Assembly (NCBI RefSeq): GCF_001564455.1
Contig: NZ_CP011391.1
Coordinates: forward strand, 960,001-992,000
Length of the DNA stretch: 32,000 nucleotides
DNA from: Faecalibaculum rodentium
Lineage (GTDB): Bacteria; Bacillota_I; Bacilli_A; Erysipelotrichales; Erysipelotrichaceae
Direction of reading: 5' to 3'
The position numbers were made by a program, and so were the translations under genes. Numbering within the stretch: the stretch's first letter is position 1; each line of letters begins with the position of its first letter. Positions 8,457-21,144 of this stretch are shown piece after piece. The notes beneath the pieces were generated by a model that was given only the letters and a program-made list of their open reading frames with translations, made no database searches and was not told the origin of the DNA.

Positions 8457-8736
8457 ATATGGTTCCTCTTTTCGTGTCACTTTCATTTTAGTCATCCGCC
8501 GGATAAACCATACAGCTGTTGCCCGGTACGACTGCCATCCACACAGATGCCTGCATGCTGCGTGTCATGACACCTGGCGGTCTGCCAGCCGGCTGGTCGC
8601 AGCTGCTGGGCAGAATCCCGCGGACTGGAACCGGTCGGGGAAACATGGAGGTAGTCTGCTGTTTCCGGTGATTGTCATGCAGCATGCTATACTGCAGACA
8701 GACAGCCGGCACTGAACCGGTATCAGAGGTGGAACA

Positions 8737-9063
8737 ATGAACGAGGAAAAAGAAACGATTCTTCTCCAGGGAGAAGACGGAACCGGAATCGAGTGTGAAT
8801 TCGGAGACCGGTTTGTGCTGGATGACGAGAATTACGTGATCCTGATTCCCTATCGGGACGGCCTGCGGGATGAAGACGGCATCCTGCTGATGCAGACCAT
8901 GAAGGATGACGAAGACCCGGATACCGAATATCTCGTGGCTTTGTCCGATCCGGAAGAAATCAACCGCGTCTTTTCCGGATACATCCAGCAGAAAGCCCGT
9001 GCACAGCATGCTGACGGCACCTGTTTTGAACAGAGCCTGAAAAAAGCGGTACAGAAAGACTGA
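8737..9063 (+). CDS. DUF1292 (UPF0473/YrzB-like) family protein
   Basis: Small acidic protein with the family-typical pattern …FVLDDENYVILIPYRD…EDGILLMQTMKDDEDPDTEYLVALSDPEEINRVF. Confidence 0.8.
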   Translation: MNEEKETILLQGEDGTGIECEFGDRFVLDDENYVILIPYRDGLRDEDGILLMQTMKDDEDPDTEYLVALSDPEEINRVFSGYIQQKARAQHADGTCFEQSLKKAVQKD

Positions 9064-9090
9064 CCTTTCGGGTTGCGGACCCGATCAGAC

Positions 9091-9123
9091 AAATCCGGCA
9101 GATCCTCAGAATCTGCCGGATTT
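9091..9123. terminator. Bidirectional terminator between convergent genes
   Basis: AAATCCGGCAGAT-CCTCAGA-ATCTGCCGGATTT followed by T. Confidence 0.75.
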
Positions 9124-9151
9124 TATGTCAGTCCTTCTGTGTCTGCGTGAA

Positions 9152-10018
9152 TCAGTGTCTTTCTTCTTCCTCCCGGAAATACTCCTGCTGCCTTTCCCGG
9201 ACCACGGTCCGGCACCGCTGGAAAAGATTCAGCAGGGACAGAGCTTTTTTGTCATCTGTCGCTTCCCGGATCCATGCCGTGCCGTTTTCCAGAGACGTTT
9301 CCTGCTCACAGATCAGCAGATACAGAATGCACAGTCTGTCCAGCAGAAGGCCTGCCTGTCCAAGCTCCAGTCCCGCCTGTATGCGGTCCTCCAGAATATC
9401 CATCATTTCAATGCGTATGTCGCCGTTTTTCAGAATCGAGACAAGGATTTCCTGCAGATGCATGGACAGGGCCCAGTCTGAACTCTCGACAATGCATGAC
9501 AGACTCGACAGGCGCTTCAGGTTGTCCCGCGTGTAACCGGATTTCAGAATGAACCCCACTATGGTCCGAAACAGCTCATCAGTGCTGAGATGATACACAG
9601 ATTCAATGCTGGTCCCTGGAAACAGGTCGGTATGCAGATAGGTGACAGACAAGTCAAAGAGATCTTCCAGCAGGGAACAGGCTTCGGGATATACGATACT
9701 TTGTGAAGGACAGAGCAGCAGCTGTGAGATCATGGTTTTCAGATCACGCCTGGCTCTGGTTCTGGCACTTCGCCTGCGGTAATAGTACCAGCCCTGGATA
9801 CGATCTCGGATGGTTTCCAGTTTTTTCCGCATAGATCTGGTATCGGGAATGGAGGCCTTTTTATCCGGAAGTGTCCTGTTTTCCGAGATCCCTTTGAGAA
9901 TCAGCTCAAATACTTCCTTTTTGGTTTTATCCTGCCGGCCGTGCAGTTCCAAAAGAGCTTCTTCCAGCTGTTCTTTTGGCATCGAGCGGATGAGTTTTCG
10001 AAGTTCTGCTTTTGTCAT
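9152..10018 (-). CDS. Hypothetical helical protein (288 aa); N-terminus resembles DUF6155-type proteins (recollection only)
   Basis: Long ORF. The plausible start is MTKAELRKLIRSMPKEQLEEALLELHG… at 10018. The track's upstream extension to 10141 looks non-protein-like. No clear SD is present, so the start is uncertain. Confidence 0.55.
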   Translation of the reverse strand: MTKAELRKLIRSMPKEQLEEALLELHGRQDKTKKEVFELILKGISENRTLPDKKASIPDTRSMRKKLETIRDRIQGWYYYRRRSARTRARRDLKTMISQLLLCPSQSIVYPEACSLLEDLFDLSVTYLHTDLFPGTSIESVYHLSTDELFRTIVGFILKSGYTRDNLKRLSSLSCIVESSDWALSMHLQEILVSILKNGDIRIEMMDILEDRIQAGLELGQAGLLLDRLCILYLLICEQETSLENGTAWIREATDDKKALSLLNLFQRCRTVVRERQQEYFREEEERH

Positions 10019-10189
10019 GAGTCCATTGTAAGGGATGAGACCCCCGGACTGGATACAGGAAGTCCATTCTGCCGATGATGGCACTGGCTGAAGAGAAAGA
10101 ATGAGAAAAAGCCGGAATCTCTGGTATCGGATGGTTTGCACAAATCAAAAGAATGAATTCGATATATGCAAAAAAGTGCAGAAAAGGGG

Positions 10190-10218
10190 TTGCACTTCTG
10201 TGAGGGTGTGGTATTATA
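10190..10218 (+). promoter_or_regulatory. rrn promoter P1 (putative)
   Basis: TTGCAC (10190-10195), a 17-nt spacer, then ATTATA (10213-10218), with an AT-rich upstream region. Confidence 0.5.
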
Positions 10219-10290
10219 AGTGAGTCGCAAGTGATTTGGATAAATCAACAAGTCATAACACATAAAAGGACAAAAAGTTCAAAATATGTG

Positions 10291-10319
10291 TTGACAGACT
10301 CTTGCGGATGAGTTAAGAT
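10291..10319 (+). promoter_or_regulatory. rrn promoter P2 (putative)
   Basis: TTGACA (10291-10296), a 17-nt spacer, then TAAGAT (10314-10319). A third candidate is TTGACA 10348-10353, an 18-nt spacer, then TATCTT 10372-10377. Confidence 0.55.
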
Positions 10320-10440
10320 ATAGGAGTGCTGAGGGGCACAGGCGGGCTTGACAGCCGGACCGCTCATTCAGTATCTTTGAAAAGCTTGTGACTTCATCAG
10401 AAGCCGCAGGCGATGGAGGCATCTGTCATGGGTGCTGACG

Positions 10441-10453
10441 CTCTTTGAAAACC
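10441..10453 (+). promoter_or_regulatory. boxA-like antitermination element in the rrn leader
   Basis: CTCTTTGAAAACC resembles the Firmicute rrn boxA core (TTCTTTGAAAAC). Related copies occur at 10374-10384 and 10496-10506. Confidence 0.5.
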
Positions 10454-10552
10454 GGACAGGAAAAACGAAGTAAATACAAGACGATACAACGTCGATTCTT
10501 TGAACCTGAAAAACAATCATGAACACAAGACGCAAAGCGTCTGAGTACAGAT

Positions 10553-12090
<1,538 letters not shown>

Positions 12091-12167
12091 AAGGAGAAAG
12101 TACAGGGGAAAAGGAAAAAGAGCAGAGTGGTTCCTGTCCGGTTTTGGAAGAGTGTCTTCCAGGGTCG

Positions 12168-12180
12168 ATCTTTGAAAACC
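12168..12180 (+). promoter_or_regulatory. boxA-like element in the 16S-23S spacer
   Basis: ATCTTTGAAAACC, the same core as the leader copy. The spacer (12091-12323) contains no tRNA-like sequence. Confidence 0.5.
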
Positions 12181-12323
12181 GTACAACGATATGAAAGACA
12201 ACAGAAGGTCTGAAGTAAAGTTGTGGAGAAATAGAAAGAAACTGAGAGAAAGAAAAGAACAGAGAAGAAACAGTTCTGAGAAAAATATCTCGAAGAAAGC
12301 ACGAAAAACGTTTGAGAGAATCA

Positions 12324-15205
<2,882 letters not shown>

Positions 15206-15300
15206 TAAAGAAAGAAGCCCGCAGCTTTGCGGAAAGACAGGAAACGGAAGACATATCGTGTATGGTTTTCAGAGAGTGACCTGAAGACAGGATTCCAGCA

Positions 15301-15322
15301 GTCGCCAGTGGCGGCTTTTTTT
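15301..15322 (+). terminator. Rho-independent terminator ending the rrn operon
   Basis: GTCGCC-AGT-GGCGGC hairpin (15301-15315) followed by T7 (15316-15322). Confidence 0.65.
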
Positions 15323-15329
15323 CGTTCAT

Positions 15330-15566
15330 TTAATATCTGCGGCGTAAGGTAAGCGTAAGCGTCAACCCTGCCGGATCTGGAAACGGAGATAATGGTTCAC
15401 GACAGGCAGATTTGGACCTGGCTGTGGAGTTCTTCGGCTTCCAGCGTGAATTGTAGAAGACCTGGCGATTGATTCCTTTCTGTCTGCAGTATTCAACGGC
15501 AGATAATCCTGAAGAATCGAAATCTGTGAATATGGTCTACCATCTCTCTTTGGTGGAATCAGTCAT
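15330..15566 (-). pseudogene. IS66-type accessory protein (TnpA-like, HTH) remnant with a premature TAG
   Basis: AGGAGG RBS followed by ATG at 15566. My manual translation is MTDSTKERW*TIFTDFDSSGLSAVEYCRQKGINRQVFYNSRWKPKN…, with the stop at codon 10. The W..I..F..SG.S...C...GI....FY.W.K pattern matches the small first ORF of Firmicute IS66-like elements. No tnpB or tnpC follows. Confidence 0.5.
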
Positions 15567-15645
15567 AACAAAAGGCCTCCTTTGTTCCTATAGATTTTGA
15601 ACAATCGGAGGCTTCTTAACCAGATGGGCTTGATTTGACGCTTAC
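15355..15645 (-). mobile_element. IS66-family-like miniature (internally deleted) element, 291 bp
   Basis: Both ends read GTAAGCGTCAA inward: plus strand at 15355-15365, minus strand at 15645-15635. The repeat extends imperfectly to 26 bp (19/26, ending ATCTGG in both). A GTAA start is typical of IS66-family IRs (recollection). The element contains a decayed tnpA-like ORF. Confidence 0.55.
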
Positions 15646-15772
15646 TCCGTGGCTCCTCTTGAAACCACAAGACCTGCTGTATGAAATCTCCTGTATGTCA
15701 TCGGCAGGAATGCGTGGACTCTCTTTATAAATCAAAGTTTTGGTACCATTGATTCAGGTACAGGAGAGAAAT

Positions 15773-16030
15773 ATGACAGATAAGCAAATTCAGAAACTGG
15801 GCTGGATCGCATCCGGCATGTCCATACTGATGTATGTTTCCTACATTGCACAGATCATCAACAATCTTCAGGGTCACAAAGGAAGCTGGGTGCAGCCGGC
15901 TGTAGCCACCGTGAACTGCACTCTGTGGACCATCTATGCCTTGAAGAGTACGCCGAAGCAGAAGGCAATTGCTGCAGCAAACATCCCCGGCATATTTCTG
16001 GCGGCTGCCACCATGATCACCAGTTTCTGA
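15773..16030 (+). CDS. SemiSWEET-like 3-TM transporter (85 aa)
   Basis: AGGAGAG RBS before ATG 15773. There are three predicted TM helices. The motif MYVSYIAQIINNLQGHKGSWVQPAVATVNCTLW resembles Firmicute SemiSWEET/PQ-loop proteins, with AQ in place of PQ. Confidence 0.6.
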   Translation: MTDKQIQKLGWIASGMSILMYVSYIAQIINNLQGHKGSWVQPAVATVNCTLWTIYALKSTPKQKAIAAANIPGIFLAAATMITSF

Positions 16031-16083
16031 AAAGCTGTAACTGCAGAGCGAACGTCTGCCAGCATCTGAAAGCAGATCCACTT

Positions 16084-16108
16084 CCGGTTGCAATAACCGG
16101 TTTTTTTT
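16084..16108 (+). terminator. Rho-independent terminator
   Basis: CCGGTT-GCAAT-AACCGG followed by T8. Confidence 0.8.
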
Positions 16109-16243
16109 CGTTGTAGCAGTCCGGCATCAGATAATTCGGAAAAAAGCTGACAGACTGCCCCTGAGTGACACGGAAACGATTCTTTCACAAATTTCATCAA
16201 AAACCGGGCCTTTTGGCGAATATACAAACAGGGGGTATCAGAT

Positions 16244-16726
16244 ATGAAAAAACTGATCATGAGTACCACAATGCTGTTTTTCTTCCTCGCAAGCTGGTTT
16301 GGACGCTATACACCGGTCCAACTGGATATGTCCAGACCGGATACGATCCAGGCGGAGATCAAGGGAGAAGTCATACGTCCCGGTGTCTATCAGATTCCCT
16401 GGAACGCAACGGTTCAGACACTGGCCGAAACTGCCGGAGGCTTTACGGATACAGCGGATCTGGATGCCGTGAATCTTTCTGCCGTGGTCAAAGACAGAGA
16501 AGTGGTCTCCATACGCACCGTCCCACAGACTCAGGAGACCACAGTGTCTTTGTCTTCAGCAACTCTGGAAGAGCTGACTAAACTGCCTGGAGTAGGGCCG
16601 GCCATTGCGCAGCGAATCCTGGAGTACAGGGACACAGAAGGATTTGCCTCTCTGGAGGATCTGATGAATGTCAAGGGCATCGGGGAGAAGACATTTGAGA
16701 AACTCAGTCCCTACATCTGTCTGTAA
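16244..16726 (+). CDS. comEA: Competence protein ComEA (DNA receptor; SLBB plus helix-hairpin-helix domains)
   Basis: N-terminal TM anchor, an SLBB-like segment (IKGEVIRPGVYQIPWNATV), and a C-terminal HhH pair (LEELTKLPGVGPAIAQRILEYR…LMNVKGIGEKTFEKL). AGGGGG RBS. Confidence 0.9.
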   Translation: MKKLIMSTTMLFFFLASWFGRYTPVQLDMSRPDTIQAEIKGEVIRPGVYQIPWNATVQTLAETAGGFTDTADLDAVNLSAVVKDREVVSIRTVPQTQETTVSLSSATLEELTKLPGVGPAIAQRILEYRDTEGFASLEDLMNVKGIGEKTFEKLSPYICL

Positions 16727-16744
16727 GCACCGCCGGGACATGTC

Positions 16745-18604
16745 ATGGCCGTAACACTGTTCTTTCTGACAATCGGTATCTGGATCAGTTGCGTGCTGTC
16801 GGATCCCTGGCTGGTAACCGGATTTGCGGGACTCTGGGGTCTGGTTCTCTGGATCCGCATGAAAAAACCGGCTGTATGCATTTTCTGGGGAGTGCTTTCG
16901 TTGACGATCGTCGCCGGCATCTTATGGAATCAGGCTTTTCCTGAACCTGATCTCCGGCCTGGTCTGTACCAGGTATATGAAGTCAGGGCAGGATACGTCC
17001 TTGCCGCAAACGGCAGCAGCAGGATACTGTACCAGGATCAGGAGGCGAATATACATGATGAACTGTATATCGAAAACCTGAAACCTCTGACGGGCTTGAA
17101 AAACCTGCATCTGTTTGATTTCGCAGACTCTATGGCAGCGAAGGGTGTTCGCTGGCGGGGGACCGGATACATTCGGACTGCCTCTGATTCCCTGCAGGGA
17201 AGACTCATGCGGTATGTCCGAAACTCACCTGCAAAAATGGCCGCATTTTACGGGATTCGGGAGAAAGACAGTCTTCTGGTGAAAGCCGGGTTGCCGGTGG
17301 TCGCCTTTCTCATGGTGTTCGAAAATCTCCTCAGGCGGAGGATGAAACCGAATGCAGTGCATTTTTGCCTTCTTCCCCCAGCCATTTTGTGGGGATGGCT
17401 GTTTCTTTGGCCTGCAACCCTCATGCGCTGGGTCCTGTTCCGGCTGATTCGGCTGTCCGGCCTGCAGCCTCTTGCTGCATGGTCTCTATCCGTTCTCCTG
17501 TTTCTGATCCTGCAGCCGGAAAAAGCCGCTTCCTTCTCCCTTGTATTTCCCGCACTGCTGCAGCTGTGTTCCATCACACGGCGCAGATCCTGCACCCGGT
17601 ACCTGATGGCTCTTCTCCAGATCCTCTATTTCGGGTCTCTGTCCTGTACTCTGTTCGGCGGGTACAGCCTTCTGAGGCTGCTGTCTGCCGCGTCTTTTGC
17701 TCTGGCGTTTTTCGACATCTCTCTGGAGATTGAATGGATGCTTCCGGAAATCCCGATCCCTGCTGCACCGGTCTTACTGGTTGTGGCAGCCATTCTGCTT
17801 CTGCGGTATATGATCATGCAGAAACATCCCCAGCTGCTGCTTTGCTCCTTGCTGATCATGCCTGTCAGTCCATATCTGGACCCGTTTTTTCACGTGTATA
17901 TGCTGGATATCGGGCAGGGAGACTGCACGCTGGTCGTGGAGCCTTTCTGCCGGAGCGCTGTCATGATCGACGCCGCAGGCAATCTGTATCGGGACAATGC
18001 TGAATCCGTGATCCTGCCGTTTCTCGAAGCTGCAGGGATCCGGAAGCTGGATGCCCTGATTGTCAGTCATGAAGATTTCGATCATGCCGGTGCTGTGGAA
18101 GCTGTACAGGACGGCATCAGTGTTCATACCGTGATCCGCGACCCCACACAGCCTGTTCCGGTGGAGTACCCTATGCTGAATCTTCTCCCTGACCGCACTT
18201 CGCCGGATGAAAACGAGGGAAGTCTGCTGACGTATTTTTCCTATGATGGTCATGGGTATTTCTGGCCCGGTGATGCAGGAATCCTGACAGAAAAACTGCT
18301 GATGGACACGTTTGCCGATTTGCCGGTCACGGTACTGAAAGCCGGTCATCACGGATCGGCCTCTGCAAGCTGTCCGGCGTTTCTGGAATGGCTCAGTCCG
18401 GATCTGGTTCTTCTCTCCGCAGGAAGGAACAACCGGTACGGACACCCTTCACCGGAAGTCATCACCAGTCTGCAGTCCATGAACACAGCCAGATTCTGTA
18501 CCGCAGAAAGCGGCATGATTCACCTTGCTTCCTGGCATGGCTTCCTGTTTCTGGAAACCGCAGAAGGACAGGTGTCCTGCCTGAGCACCCCTGCAGGCCG
18601 ATGA
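16745..18604 (+). CDS. comEC: DNA internalisation competence protein ComEC/Rec2
   Basis: Polytopic membrane region followed by a C-terminal metallo-beta-lactamase fold (HVYMLDIGQGDCTLVV…SHEDFDHAG…AGHHGS…NRYGHP). It lies directly downstream of comEA. Confidence 0.9.
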   Translation: MAVTLFFLTIGIWISCVLSDPWLVTGFAGLWGLVLWIRMKKPAVCIFWGVLSLTIVAGILWNQAFPEPDLRPGLYQVYEVRAGYVLAANGSSRILYQDQEANIHDELYIENLKPLTGLKNLHLFDFADSMAAKGVRWRGTGYIRTASDSLQGRLMRYVRNSPAKMAAFYGIREKDSLLVKAGLPVVAFLMVFENLLRRRMKPNAVHFCLLPPAILWGWLFLWPATLMRWVLFRLIRLSGLQPLAAWSLSVLLFLILQPEKAASFSLVFPALLQLCSITRRRSCTRYLMALLQILYFGSLSCTLFGGYSLLRLLSAASFALAFFDISLEIEWMLPEIPIPAAPVLLVVAAILLLRYMIMQKHPQLLLCSLLIMPVSPYLDPFFHVYMLDIGQGDCTLVVEPFCRSAVMIDAAGNLYRDNAESVILPFLEAAGIRKLDALIVSHEDFDHAGAVEAVQDGISVHTVIRDPTQPVPVEYPMLNLLPDRTSPDENEGSLLTYFSYDGHGYFWPGDAGILTEKLLMDTFADLPVTVLKAGHHGSASASCPAFLEWLSPDLVLLSAGRNNRYGHPSPEVITSLQSMNTARFCTAESGMIHLASWHGFLFLETAEGQVSCLSTPAGR

Positions 18605-18711
18605 ACACGTTACTGCCCGGACTTTCCTGCCGGACTGTTTCACATCTGCAGCCTGCATTGGCTGTCAGGCGGCAGTTTCTGCAGTGTGGAACTCTCTGTT
18701 ATAATCAGGGC

Positions 18712-19650
18712 ATGATTTATCTGCTGTATGGGACAGATGAAAGCCGGATCCGACAGAAGAAACGGCAGCTGAAGGAAAAATACCCCGAAACCGATTCTGT
18801 GGTCGTTGACTGCCTGCAGCCGGGCGCAGCAGCCAGACTGGAACAGGCGCTCGATACTGCGGATCTTTTCGCAAGCCGCAAACTGATTTTTGCAGACAAT
18901 GCGACATTTCTCTGCGCCAAAAACACATCACAGGTCCAGCCGGAAGTAGTGACAAAAAGGCTGGAGACCGACGATGTCCTGGTTCTCAGTGTCAAAACGG
19001 AGAAACTGGACAAACGGAAGAAAGCGGTGAAGATGCTGGAACAGGCAGCCCAGGTCATCCCGTGTCTGCCTCTGGATGGACCAGCCCAGAAAGCCTACGT
19101 ACAGGAACTGATGAAAGAGAAACAGCTGGAACTGGATCCGGATTCCTTCAACTGGTTCTGTTCGCATGCCGGCTGCGATCCCGTCATTCTGGAATCGGAG
19201 ATTGAAAAGCTGTCTGTGTTTGACAGGCACCCTTCACTGGAGGACGTGAAGGCCCTGACTACGGTGGAACCGGTAAGCAATGTCTTCATCATGACGGATG
19301 CGCTGTTCGACAAAAACGGACTGCGCCTTCTGGCAGCCTACCGCAACTTCCGGGACCAGAATATGGAGCCTTTGGCTGTGGTCATGCTGCTGGCGGGGCA
19401 GATCCGGTTTCTGTTTCAGGTGCGTGTGCTGATGGATCAGGGAAAGGGGAAACAGGAAATCGCGAAGACACTGTCCGCCCATCCCTACCGGACGCAGATT
19501 GCCATGGGCAATGCGCGGCGGTTTGACTCACTGCGTCTGATGGACCTTCTGGAACAGATGGCGCATCTGGAGCAGGGAATGAAGAAAGGACAGCTGGACA
19601 AAGACCAGGGATTCGAGATGTTCTGCCTGGATCTGATGCAGGAATCGTGA
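18712..19650 (+). CDS. holA: DNA polymerase III subunit delta
   Basis: Typical N-terminus (MIYLLYGTDESRI…), a length of 312 aa, and the conserved comE-holA-rpsT context of Firmicutes. The track ORF beginning at 18388 is an upstream read-through extension. Confidence 0.85.
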   Translation: MIYLLYGTDESRIRQKKRQLKEKYPETDSVVVDCLQPGAAARLEQALDTADLFASRKLIFADNATFLCAKNTSQVQPEVVTKRLETDDVLVLSVKTEKLDKRKKAVKMLEQAAQVIPCLPLDGPAQKAYVQELMKEKQLELDPDSFNWFCSHAGCDPVILESEIEKLSVFDRHPSLEDVKALTTVEPVSNVFIMTDALFDKNGLRLLAAYRNFRDQNMEPLAVVMLLAGQIRFLFQVRVLMDQGKGKQEIAKTLSAHPYRTQIAMGNARRFDSLRLMDLLEQMAHLEQGMKKGQLDKDQGFEMFCLDLMQES

Positions 19651-19656
19651 AAGATG

Positions 19657-19701
19657 AAAAGCCGTACGGTATCAGAAGGGGATCTGGACCGTACGGCTTT
19701 T
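19657..19701 (+). terminator. Terminator hairpin after holA
   Basis: AAAAGCCGTACGG (19657-19669) pairs with CCGTACGGCTTTT (19689-19701), with a 19-nt loop. Confidence 0.6.
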
Positions 19702-19741
19702 GCATATTCCGGACATCTGAGAAGTCTGGTATCCGATAAAG

Positions 19742-19765
19742 AAAAAAAGAGCCATGCTCTTTTTC
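19742..19765. terminator. Bidirectional terminator (serves rpsT)
   Basis: AAAAAAAGAGC-CAT-GCTCTTTTT. Confidence 0.7.
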
Positions 19766-19785
19766 TTTTATATTCTGTTTCTGTC

Positions 19786-20052
19786 TTACGCTTCGATAGC
19801 GTTGATTGCCTTGGCAAGACGGGCTTTCTGACGGCTGGAATAGTTCTTGTGCTTGAAGCCTTTGGAAACGGCCTTGTCCAGCTTGGACTCGCACTCTGCA
19901 TACGCCTTGAGCGCTGCTTCCTTATCCTTTGCGTCAACAGCAGCCAGAACTTTTTTGATCGAAGTCTTCAGAGCGGATTTCTGGGATACGATCAGCTTGT
20001 GCGCCTTGTTGTTTGTCTTTACGCGCTTTTTCTGGGATTTGATCTGCGGCAT
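19786..20052 (-). CDS. rpsT: 30S ribosomal protein S20
   Basis: MPQIKSQKKRVKTNNKAHK…SRQKARLAKAINA is unmistakably S20. AGGAGG RBS. Confidence 0.97.
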   Translation of the reverse strand: MPQIKSQKKRVKTNNKAHKLIVSQKSALKTSIKKVLAAVDAKDKEAALKAYAECESKLDKAVSKGFKHKNYSSRQKARLAKAINAIEA

Positions 20053-20084
20053 CGTTCTACACCTCCTGACGTAACAGCATTCGC

Positions 20085-20114
20085 ATTATAGCAAAACGGC
20101 TATCCCAATTGCAA
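20085..20114 (-). promoter_or_regulatory. Putative rpsT promoter
   Basis: On the minus strand: TTGCAA (20114-20109), an 18-nt spacer, then TATAAT (20090-20085). Confidence 0.5.
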
Positions 20115-20155
20115 GCTGATTCCGGTATAATAAAAGACCGAATGGAGTGAAGAAC

Positions 20156-21103
20156 ATGAACGAAAATCTCAGGGATAAACGCGTCATTTTCATGGGGACC
20201 CCGCAGATCGCTGCCGATGTGCTGCAGGCCCTGCTGGATGTAAACGCCAATGTGGTCCTGGCAGTGACACAGCCCGACCGGATTACCGGCCGCAAACGGG
20301 TGCTGACCCCCACTCCCGTCAAGCTTCTGGCCCAGGAGCACGGAATTCCCGTGTTCCAGCCCGTAAAGATACGAACTGATTATGACCCGGTCCTGGAAGC
20401 CAGGCCGGACCTGATCGTCACCTGCGCCTATGGACAGCTGGTCCCGGATGCAGTCCTCGATGCAGCGCTCTGCGTGAACCTGCACGGATCGATCCTGCCC
20501 AGATACAGAGGAGGGGCCCCGATCCAGCGTGCCCTCTGGAATCGGGATGATGAAACAGGCATGACACTCATGAAGATGGCCAGCCGCATGGATGCCGGTG
20601 ACATCATCAAAATCAGCCGAATCCCCATTACAGAGGAAGACGACAGCGGCACACTGTTCGAAAAGCTTGGACAGACAGCAGGACACCTGATTCAGGACCA
20701 GCTGGAGACACTGCTGAAGGGCGAAGCCCGCTTTACTCCCCAGAACGAAGCAGAAGCGACGTATGCACCGGTGATCACCGGGGATGAAGAAAAGCTGGAT
20801 CTCACGCAGGACGACGAAACACTGCTTGGACAGATCCGGGCACTGGCTCCGCATCCCGGAGGATATGTGATTGCTGCGGGGAAAAAGCTGAAACTGCTGA
20901 AAGCCCGCCTGGAACCGGGAGCGCAGTCAGAGCTGCATACTTTTGTCAAACTGGGAAAGTCCGGGCTGGGCCTGCAGCTGAAAAACCATGTGCTGGTGCT
21001 GGAACAGGTGCAGTTCCAGGGCAAGCCGGTCATGGATATCAAGTCGTTCATGAACGGCCAGGGACGCAGTCTCCCGGGCACGATTGCCGCTCAGGCTGCC
21101 TGA
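20156..21103 (+). CDS. fmt: Methionyl-tRNA formyltransferase
   Basis: RVIFMGTPQIAADVLQALL…VTQPDR…NLHGSILPRYRGGAPIQRAL matches Fmt. ATG 20156 is preferred over GTG 20147 because of its spacing from GGAG at 20144-20147. Confidence 0.9.
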   Translation: MNENLRDKRVIFMGTPQIAADVLQALLDVNANVVLAVTQPDRITGRKRVLTPTPVKLLAQEHGIPVFQPVKIRTDYDPVLEARPDLIVTCAYGQLVPDAVLDAALCVNLHGSILPRYRGGAPIQRALWNRDDETGMTLMKMASRMDAGDIIKISRIPITEEDDSGTLFEKLGQTAGHLIQDQLETLLKGEARFTPQNEAEATYAPVITGDEEKLDLTQDDETLLGQIRALAPHPGGYVIAAGKKLKLLKARLEPGAQSELHTFVKLGKSGLGLQLKNHVLVLEQVQFQGKPVMDIKSFMNGQGRSLPGTIAAQAA

Positions 21104-21144
21104 GGCAGCAGGAGAACAGACTGCTTGGAATGAGGAATCACTGA

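Noticed and set aside
15206-15300. Possible 5S rRNA or tRNA between the 23S 3' end and the terminator.
   Set aside because: I found no 5S core motifs (…CCGAACACGGAAGTTAAGC…) and no tRNA T-arm (GGTTCGAATCC-like) sequence. The segment is too short and too unlike either.
16165-16581. A 138-aa ORF overlapping the comEA upstream region and gene in another frame.
   Set aside because: comEA in the 16244 frame has clear SLBB and HhH motifs and an RBS. The alternative frame is Arg/Gly-rich junk.
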